Shown one piece after another: positions 1-7,243 of a DNA stretch of 7,889 nt. Below the pieces are notes generated by a model. It was not told the origin of the DNA. It did no database searches and saw only the letters and a program-made list of their open reading frames with translations. Made by a program: the position numbers and the translations under genes. Source of the DNA: Geosiphon pyriformis uo1 (Eukaryota; Fungi; Glomeromycota); the NCBI GenBank assembly GCA_016748015.1, contig JAAOMT010000640.1, positions 1 to 7,889 on the forward strand, read 5' to 3'. Each line of letters opens with the position of its first letter. Positions within the stretch are counted from its first letter, which is position 1.

Positions 1-31
1 AACCCAACCCCCCCCCCCCACCCCCCCCCCC
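1..31 (+). repeat. Left copy of imperfect terminal direct repeat (AACCC-AA-C12-A-C11)
   Basis: Matches 7856-7889 (AACCC-AAA-C12-A-C13) in the same orientation; differs only in homopolymer lengths. Confidence 0.85.
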
Positions 32-53
32 GTGGGAGGGGCGCTGGCGTATC

Positions 54-75
54 CGGGTGGCCGGAGGCCCCCCCC
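54..75 (+). repeat. 22-nt dispersed repeat CGGGTGGCCGGAGGCCCCCCCC, copy 1 (GGCC-GGA-GGCC hairpin)
   Basis: Identical to 5718-5739; 18-nt core also at 5527-5544. Confidence 0.95.
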
Positions 76-93
76 CGACCTCCCCCCCCCACC

Positions 94-354
94 ATGAGGT
101 CGTAGGGTCTTTTGCCATAGGCCACTACGCTTTGGGTGTAAGCCCTTAGCCTTGGGGTGGGGGACTCCGCCCACCCCCCCCCCAAGGGTTGTTGGGAGTA
201 CCCTTTATCCCCATTATGTAAGCTGCCCCTTACCGAGTCCTCTAGTACTATGGGTATGGTAGTTGTTAGTTGGGATATTGGTAGGGGTTTGATTTTGTTG
301 ATGGTTTACTTTGGAGGGGTCCACTGTAGTGGTGTTTTAAGTTTGTTGGTTTGA
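94..354 (+). CDS. Candidate 86-aa hypothetical protein (only if TAA/TAG are sense)
   Basis: ATG in Kozak-like CCACCATG context just after region A; 3 in-frame TAR, TGA stop; hydrophobic C-terminus. No homology recognised. Confidence 0.2.
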
Positions 355-538
355 TTGGGGGGGGACTGGTGGGGCGTGGGTTTGCGTAGAGTGGGTATTT
401 TGCTACCTCTACGACGCAGCAATCCCACCCTTTTTGGCTACCAACCATCTGCCCTCTCCGACCATATTGCTAGAAGTTCACGGTTGTAGGGGTAGATGGT
501 ATTTGTGGGACCACTCACAGGGCGCCTATTTGTCGCGA

Positions 539-1063
539 ATGCGCCTCATCGCTGCTGCTTGCTATGCGCTCTTGCGCTGTGCAGTGCTTTTTGATCATTG
601 GGGATTTTTACTACAAAGTAAGTCCCAATACAGGCATTCCCTACTACTGATGATCCTACTCATTAGTGAAGGGTTACATACAAGGTAAAGAGTATTGTCT
701 GAGGGTACAAGTATCCTTTGCTTTGTAGGGTATACTACTTGGCAGATAGAGTTGATCAAGTCCCTATCCCTAATACAGTACTCAAAATGGTATGGGTAGC
801 TAAATATACCTTTTAATAGTTATTAGCCAAAGCCTTGTTTGTAAAGTCCCTATGAGTAAACTCTATCCAATTCGATAAAATACCTGGATTTGGATCCTAT
901 AGGTAATAGGGTATTTGTAGTACACCAGTTGGGGCCCTCGGTGGTCATTGATGGTATGGTAACTAAGGTACGTAGGTTTTATTTGTAGAGCTCCATGGGC
1001 CCCCGACTTGGTTTTTGCATCACAAGGCTCTGGCACCCAAGCAAAGGGCCCCGCTTGTATTGA
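539..1063 (+). CDS. Candidate 174-aa hypothetical protein (TAR read as sense); frame TGA-free from 302
   Basis: Manual translation; 9 TGA trinucleotides in 302-1060, none in this frame. Confidence 0.25.
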
Positions 1064-1131
1064 GTAGCCCCCTTTTTGTTACTCATAAACCCTTTATACA
1101 CCGGTCCCACCCCACCCTCATAATCTGTAGT

Positions 1132-1980
1132 ATGTAGTTACAGCGTACCTGGCAGCCAAAGTCCTAAATCTGGGGAGGGCGCTCCATAGGGGTCGGGTAA
1201 AGCGAGTCTTTATGCCACCCCCCCCTGACCACCTTGGGTTGGGAATTAGCCCTGCGCGCACACCAGTATTACCCATTTATGCCTATATGTCTCCAAGTAG
1301 CTGCTTTTGTACTCAATAAGTGGGATTGGTATGGAATTGTGTTTGATTTTAGGTCCTGGAGGGGTTTGTAATCCCCCCCCCCCCTTTAGATCCCGAGGGC
1401 CCTGGCCAGCCTGTAAAGCATCCTTACCTTTAGTACCCAGACAATCGTCAAGGGATCTGTCCTTAACCATCCCCAATCTCCCCAGGAGGCCCCATACCCA
1501 TAGAGCCATCCACATAGAGCATACCAATAGAGCACCACTCCTATCTAAACTCCACAAAGGGTGTAGAGCCGATTGGATACTCCTTCAGGCAGTGACGATG
1601 GCTTCCCCATAGAGGATAGGTGTGGAGTACCACTCTTTGATTGGCCAGTAGGACTTGTAGATGTTGAGATAGGAAGCGTAAATCAAAGTAGTGAGGGTAG
1701 TTTAACGACTGGTTGTGATAGGCGACTGATTGGGATTTCTTAATTGAGTAGTCTTTATGAGCAGGTATACCATAAATGTATTGGATAGGTCCCCCCCCCC
1801 CTAGTTTAGGTCTATAGTTCCCTTAGAGATTGTCATCCTGGGATCCCACAATGGGTAAGCAAACCCCCCCCCCAAATCAACCCCCTTTTGGGGACCGGGA
1901 CCAAGTCCAAGCTGCTTATGGTTGATCCTGTATTTGTGGGATAGATACCCCCCCCGCAGGTCTTTATATACCATGCCTGA
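1132..1980 (+). CDS. Candidate 282-aa hypothetical protein (TAR read as sense); frame TGA-free from 952 (343 codons)
   Basis: 16 in-frame TAA/TAG from 952; 12 TGA in the span, none in frame and 8 in the NNT|GAN phase. In 1561-1740, 24/60 codons start with G and 24/60 end with T. P/Q/S-rich middle with TAR=Gln. Confidence 0.35.
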
Positions 1981-2428
1981 TATGCGCCCTATCCTCCTAC
2001 CAAGTACACTCATATTACTGAGGATAAAGGGATCCTTATACCTGGCCTTTGATTGGTAGGATTTTAGGTATTTATAGTAGACATGTACTTAATTGCTATC
2101 AGGCTTTAAACTACTCCGTTGTGTGGTTAGGGCCTCAGAAATGTAGACCACTACAGGGATGGGTGATAACTCCATAAGCCTTTGACATGTTAGTACCAAT
2201 CCAGTAAAGGTGGTTTTGGGTATGTTTTGGTCAATGGGAGAGTAGTGATTGGGTACTACACAGCGGAGGCATTTGTGGCCCACCCCCCTATTAGCTTATG
2301 GTTTACTTTGTAACTCCCCATCACATATGGATTGGTACTACTCCCTTTCTTAAATGAAGACAGCTCTTATTAGGGATATATGGGCAGGGGACTCTATAGG
2401 GTTATAGTTATGATTACTGCAGTTTGCT

Positions 2429-3064
2429 ATGTAAAGTGCCTCGAGCTCTCCTCAATTATTGGTAGCCATTACTATTATGGGTATGGTACTGAGATATGTG
2501 CTTGGTTTGGGGGTTGTGGCTCATGATGGTGGATACGATGGATTTTAAGCACTTTATGATAACCCTTATGGGTAAGAAATGGATACGGCTGAGGATCCTT
2601 ATTGCGAGATTTATGGGGACTAATACCTACCGTGGCCTTGGTCCTCACAGGGTACTTTTTGGTAGTTGCTATCCCAAATGGGGACCCTCAATATCTAGAA
2701 CCTCATTTACTTGCTTTCCGTATGTAGTTTGGTGGGGAGTACCTATATGGGCCAGTAGTCATACAATAGAGTTAGAATCGGTTTTACTTTATAAACAGTA
2801 GACGGCTTTCATTTTTGGATCTTTGGGGATACCTGTCCGTATGAACAGGGATAGTCTATGGTTTGGATTGTTCTCGGACATCGGGGTTGTGTACAAGTAT
2901 TCGCCAGCCATCCCAACCAATATAGTTTGCTTTTATCAGTAGTACTAGTTGTAGAATCTGTGTGTACTCAACACAAGCTGGCTGCCTGTCAAGAGGTGTT
3001 GGAGGTATATGGCTGGGACCTTGGGATCGCGATCGTGCCACATTCAAGTTGTCCTTATACTTGA
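2429..3064 (+). CDS. Candidate 211-aa hypothetical protein (TAR read as sense)
   Basis: ATG to TGA with 9 in-frame TAR; N-terminal hydrophobic stretch then an acidic segment (DGGYDGFQALYDNPYGQEMDTAEDPYCEIYGD); includes the supplied 2858..3064 ORF. Confidence 0.3.
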
Positions 3065-3292
3065 TTGTAACTATTCTCATGACGCCATGGATATAGGTAT
3101 TGGTGATGACAAGGATTCATAGTACCAAACAAGTAGGGGTTGAGTTCACAAGTTACCCTATATCAACTATTCAAAGGACTTGGTTCGATTGGGGTCCTTT
3201 TTAATTCCTGAGTTTAGAGCAACGCCTATGGTACCTTGCAGTAGTCAATCGGGCAGAGTGGACTTGTAGGTATTGAGCCATGGTAGTTGTTT

Positions 3293-3751
3293 ATGAGGGT
3301 TGTTGGATTTGATAGGGCTCCTCATTTTGGACCTTTGTAAGCTTATCCCTTTTACAGGGTACTTTACGCTATCCCTATTTTGATTTGCTACCATTTATCC
3401 CTGCCCGAGTTGGATCCAGCTCTCAAATCCTAATACTTGTGGGGCTTTATCCAATTGATGATTTTATGCCCCAAATACCCACCCCCCCCCCTTCTTAATT
3501 ACCCCCCCCCACCCCTAGTACCCAGAGAGCCTTAAGGCTAGAGCTGCAGTGTTTTGGGTAGTTATGGGTACAGGGGATAGTGGTATTTGGTAGAGCGTAT
3601 GTAGGTAAGGGACCTTCTGGTGTTTTCAGGGGTATAGGATGGTACTGAGATATGTAGGATTTGTACAACAATGAGGTAGGTATGGGGATGGGGATGGCTT
3701 TTGAGGGTTGTTGGGGGGAGTTGGGTATCAAATTGGTTTTTGTGGAACTGA
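3293..3751 (+). CDS. Candidate 152-aa hypothetical protein (TAR read as sense)
   Basis: TGA-free from 3212; two poly-Pro runs and CRIC. A competing frame (3313-3648) has better codon-phase signal, so this call is weak. Confidence 0.15.
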
Positions 3752-3922
3752 TGGCGATGCAGAATGGAGGGTTCTTTGCGGCTCCCAGTGGATGGTTGGT
3801 ACTGGTAGTGTGGTTGTTGGGGCGTAATGGTAGTGCCGGGGTATTGTTGTGAAGGGGAATTTGTTTATTGAAGTCCTGTCGTTGGTGGGTGGAGTGGAGT
3901 TAGTAGGGGTCCAAGGCCCGTG

Positions 3923-4618
3923 ATGGGGACTTGGTGGGTTGGTCATGGATTTTGGAAGGGTGGTTTGATTGTACCCGGTGGTTAAACTACTATGTTGGGG
4001 GGACCCTATGATAGGTACAAGGAGGTCTAGGTAGATAGGGGTTGGAAATGGTTGGGTGTCGTCGTACAGGGTGGATTATACACAGGGTGGGAGAGGGGAC
4101 TTGTTTGGTATGGTTTTGTGGTACTGGTAGGAAGTTTTGTAGGAGGGTCGGACCCAGGGTCTCTGTTGTTTGTACACCAATGGACCCTGTAGCCATCCCC
4201 AATCCTAGAGGGTCCTTGTGTTGATTGTGATAGAAAAAGCAAAGTGCTGTTGGCGATTGCTATGCCTCTGCAAGAAGGCTTGGCTTGCTTACAGCCTATA
4301 AGCAAAGTGCTGTTGGCGATTGCTTTACAAGCAGGACTGTGCTATTTTGTGTTGTTTGGGTTTGGTGGTTTTGGTTGTTGGGTTGATTGGTAAGTAGAGG
4401 GGGATACGCCTAGAAATAGTCAATAGGTAAATACCCCATCCCCTCATGAGGGTTTTGGACCCCATATCCCAACCAAGGGTTGGTAGCCCATCCCACTATT
4501 GGATTTGGTACCAATCCCCAAACCCCCCCAATGGGTCCTTAAGTAGTAGGTGTTGGGTGTAGGGGTATGGGGGGACCCTTTGATTGCTTTTGATGGTCCC
4601 CATCCCACCAATACTTGA
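3923..4618 (+). CDS. Candidate 231-aa Gly/Trp-rich hypothetical protein (TAR read as sense)
   Basis: Starts in a TGATG overlap; 8 in-frame TAR; contains CVDC and an in-frame SKVLLAIA duplication from the 63-nt-period repeat. Confidence 0.3.
4237..4324 (+). repeat. Two exact 25-nt direct repeats AAGCAAAGTGCTGTTGGCGATTGCT (4237-4261, 4300-4324) with a 38-nt spacer
   Basis: Read directly; period 63 nt; repeat ends AGCAA/TTGCT are complementary. Confidence 0.95.
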
Positions 4619-4746
4619 TTGAAACCAACATACCCCCCCCCCCTCTCGTTGCCGGACCCTATTTTGTGGTGGTTGAATGGGTGGAGTGTACAAAGTGGTT
4701 TTAGGTACCCATACCAACTAATCATACCATTGAGAGGGGACCCCAT

Positions 4747-5118
4747 ATGCCCCCCCCCCCTCGTCGGGGCCCCCAAGAATACCAACAGGGGCCATCCCAA
4801 ATCGTACTTTTAAGTCATCCTCCCCTTATTTACTACTATCTTGGACCATTGGTTTTACTACCTTTTTTGGTACCAGTACAGGTAGGATATCGAGGTATTG
4901 GTGTACCGTCTTTTTGGATCCTGTCCCAAATGGGTGGTTGTAAGTAGTTGTTTGTCCAAAAGGGGTGGGGGATGGTTGTGGTATAAAAGGGTTATTGGTG
5001 TAAAGCTTTGTTGACTGGTGAGGGTCGACCCCCGAGGGGGATCGAGGGCTATTTGGTAAGTGAAAGCCCCCTATTTTGTTAACCAGGTATAGTGTAGAGA
5101 TACTAGGGTTGTTATTGA
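4747..5118 (+). CDS. Candidate 123-aa hypothetical protein (TAR read as sense); frame TGA-free from 4594
   Basis: Extends the supplied 4747..4947 ORF; 5 of 7 out-of-frame TGA are in the NNT|GAN phase. Confidence 0.2.
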
Positions 5119-5362
5119 GGGAACCAGTTCTTATTAGGACCCATAGCCCCCTTTTTATGGTAATATACATCTATGGTTTTAATTAAAGGGTATTTGGGGG
5201 ACATTGTTTGGTCACAGAGGACATGGGTACATTGGTATCTGGTAGTAATCGTTGTACAGGGAAGGTCAATGATGCTTGTAACTAGAGGTAGTCAAATTGG
5301 TCCTTTGGGGAGTGGATTTTGATGGTACCCATGAGAGGGTACGGGGTTACACATTACTACAC

Positions 5363-5398
5363 ATACCCATTAAACCTTACAATACCCATTAAAACCTT
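5363..5398 (+). repeat. Tandem duplication ATACCCATTAAA(A)CCTT x2
   Basis: 5363-5378 and 5382-5398 differ by one A. Confidence 0.85.
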
Positions 5399-5526
5399 GT
5401 TTGGTCAGGGTGGATGGGGATAGGGATTGGTTTGGTGGTTGGGACCCCAGTTTTGTTGGAACCATGGGTAAGTTTGACTTGGTTTTGTTTGATGGGTAGT
5501 GGTTGATTTGTTGGATGGTGGGTTGA

Positions 5527-5544
5527 GGGTGGCCGGAGGCCCCC
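5527..5544 (+). repeat. 18-nt core GGGTGGCCGGAGGCCCCC, copy 2
   Basis: Exact match to 55-72 and 5719-5736. Confidence 0.95.
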
Positions 5545-5717
5545 GAGGGGTGGGAGGCCGTAGTGCCACCACTTCCCCCAGTACACCCCACCCCAAAGGG
5601 GAAAACCGGTAGGTTTGGCAGGAGGCCCCACCAATCCCCCCCCCACCCCAACCCCCCTTTATAGGGGGTCCCTCGGTTACCCGTGGGCTTATCTATCACT
5701 AGTAGCCCCCTTTAGGA

Positions 5718-5739
5718 CGGGTGGCCGGAGGCCCCCCCC
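5718..5739 (+). repeat. 22-nt dispersed repeat, copy 3
   Basis: Identical to 54-75 and, like it, followed by further C tracts. Confidence 0.95.
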
Positions 5740-6742
5740 ACCCCCCCCCCCACCCCACACCCCCATACCCATACCATCCCCATTTTTGAGCCCCCTACTA
5801 CTTTACTTGACCCATCCCAATACCAATCCTTGTGTGGTTTTGGATTCGATGAGAAACTTTACTACCCATGATACGATTTTCGAGGAGACTTGGCATGGAT
5901 GGGTCTTTGATAGCTAGCCATTTTTGGAGCTACTTGAGTGCTACACGTAATAGCTACCCATGACCAAAACTACCTGACCATTTTTTGTAGGCCCTTTTGG
6001 GGTGATGGTAAGATACAGGGAGCTCTACCCCTTGGCCCCAGGTACCAACCTTTATCTAGACCACCCTTTAAGTGCTGCTCTACCTTAGGGTAAATGAGAC
6101 CAATCATTACGGTTTCTGGTAGTACAGGGTGATGATGGGTTGGATTGGTTTTTGATTTGTTCTTGTGTGTTGGAGTGGTTTTAGTACTCTTGTTTTGGTA
6201 TTTGTTGGGTTTTGTTTTTGTATGAGGGAGTGGGTCATGAGTACCTATATCCGATACATCCTGCATAGGCACCGGGATACTTTGTCTAGGGCTTTGTAGG
6301 GGAGATCTTGAGGACTTGGTGTTGGGGATCCTATTTGTTTTTTTAGAGCCCTGCTTGCAAACTCCTTGTATTTTGTATCCCATGCCCAATTGGACTCCAT
6401 GACCACCCATGACAATCTACCCTTTGGTTGTATCAAATCAAGAGAGGTCTTTTAGTACTCATTGGGACTGTACTGGATATGGGTTAATCTGTAGGAGACA
6501 GCCCTATTGATGATGAGGCATAATAGTAGGATCCCTTGGGTTTTGAGTAGCAAGGGGAGACCGTATCTTATAACTTGGTTTTAGCTGGAGATGAGGGTTA
6601 CTGAGGACCATTGAGGAGCCGTCTATTGGTATTTGTCTACTAGGCTTTGGTTGGAGTTGATTGTTGGGATACCATATCTTATGGGTTTATTGTGCGGATG
6701 CTTTGAGTATCTCTAGTGTTAGTCTTTTGTAAGTACTTGGAT

Positions 6743-7243
6743 ATGAAAGCGAGAATACTGGGTATGGATTTGGTGGGACCACTTTTGAGGACTTGTATAG
6801 GGAGTCTGTACTTGTGGGTAAAGTAGGTTGGTTGTCAGATCCCAACTAAAATCCAGAGGGTTTTGATCCTGGATATGTTGAGCGTTAGTAAATAGGTATT
6901 GGTGACAACAGTTTGCTTTGGTCCCCCACAACAAGTAGTTGTAGTATTAGTATACTTTACCTGTTTGCTTCTGTATCTTAGTAGTAAAGCTCTTTTAGGA
7001 GAGCATATCTTGTATTGGGATTGGGGGACTGATTTTGATTTTTACCTTTACCCATTTGTCAGATAATACCTGGGTACCCAGGGGTATAGGGATAGGGTCT
7101 TGTTGATATGTAATTAGGAGAGGGGCGAGTCTACTTGGATGGATATTGATTGCTCATTTACAATTAAGGTATCTATAGCCTCCAAGGCTTTTTTTGGTAG
7201 GGTATTGGATGGGGGAAGACGGGGTTTTTATTAGGATTATTGA
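6743..7243 (+). CDS. Candidate 166-aa hypothetical protein (TAR read as sense)
   Basis: ATG to TGA, but the ATG-less frame 6661-7032 has better codon phase over the 5' half; ambiguous. Confidence 0.15.
7069..7082. repeat. Perfect 14-bp palindrome CCTGGGTACCCAGG
   Basis: Equal to its own reverse complement. Confidence 0.9.

Larger units (their letters stand above)
5527..5770. promoter_or_regulatory. GC-rich putative control/origin region B
   Basis: Cluster of short hairpins (GGCC-GGA-GGCC x2, CCCC-GA-GGGG, CCCC-AAA-GGGG, CCCCC-TTTATA-GGGGG), C tracts, and blocks shared with the end-spanning region. Function is inferred. Confidence 0.5.

Noticed and set aside
1-31. Ciliate-type telomeres or LTRs
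   Set aside because: Both ends are C-rich on the same strand with no regular unit; too short for LTRs and lacking TG...CA ends.
647-675. CTGATGA hammerhead ribozyme core
   Set aside because: No downstream GAAA closing a stem II.
700-960. RIP-mutated fungal transposon (TpA-rich; CAR->TAR would mimic recoding)
   Set aside because: The signal is patchy (absent near 5881-5940), G+C remains moderate and no transposon remnant is recognisable. Not fully excluded; windowed RIP indices and a repeat-library search would decide.
1181-1204. Walker A-like APQGSGKA (with TAG=Gln)
   Set aside because: Ala replaces Ser/Thr, there is no preceding hydrophobic strand, and TGA follows within 8 codons.
1264-1272. 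CAGTATTAC matching the CRESS-virus nonanucleotide NANTATTAC
   Set aside because: No flanking inverted repeat to form the stem, and no HUH Rep or SF3 helicase motifs found.
4237-4324. Bona fide CRISPR array
   Set aside because: Only two repeats, no cas genes or leader, and no repeat family I recognise; kept as a repeat.
5582-5594. Minus-strand GGGGTGGGGTGTA resembling kinetoplast minicircle CSB-3 (GGGGTTGGTGTA)
   Set aside because: Inexact match in low-complexity sequence, with no properly spaced CSB-1 or CSB-2.
5970-6410. Longest supplied standard-code ORF (146 aa) and the other supplied ORFs as real genes
   Set aside because: Their compositions mirror strand skew (K/T/P/N/H-rich on minus), they are short and overlap each other, and none has a recognisable domain.
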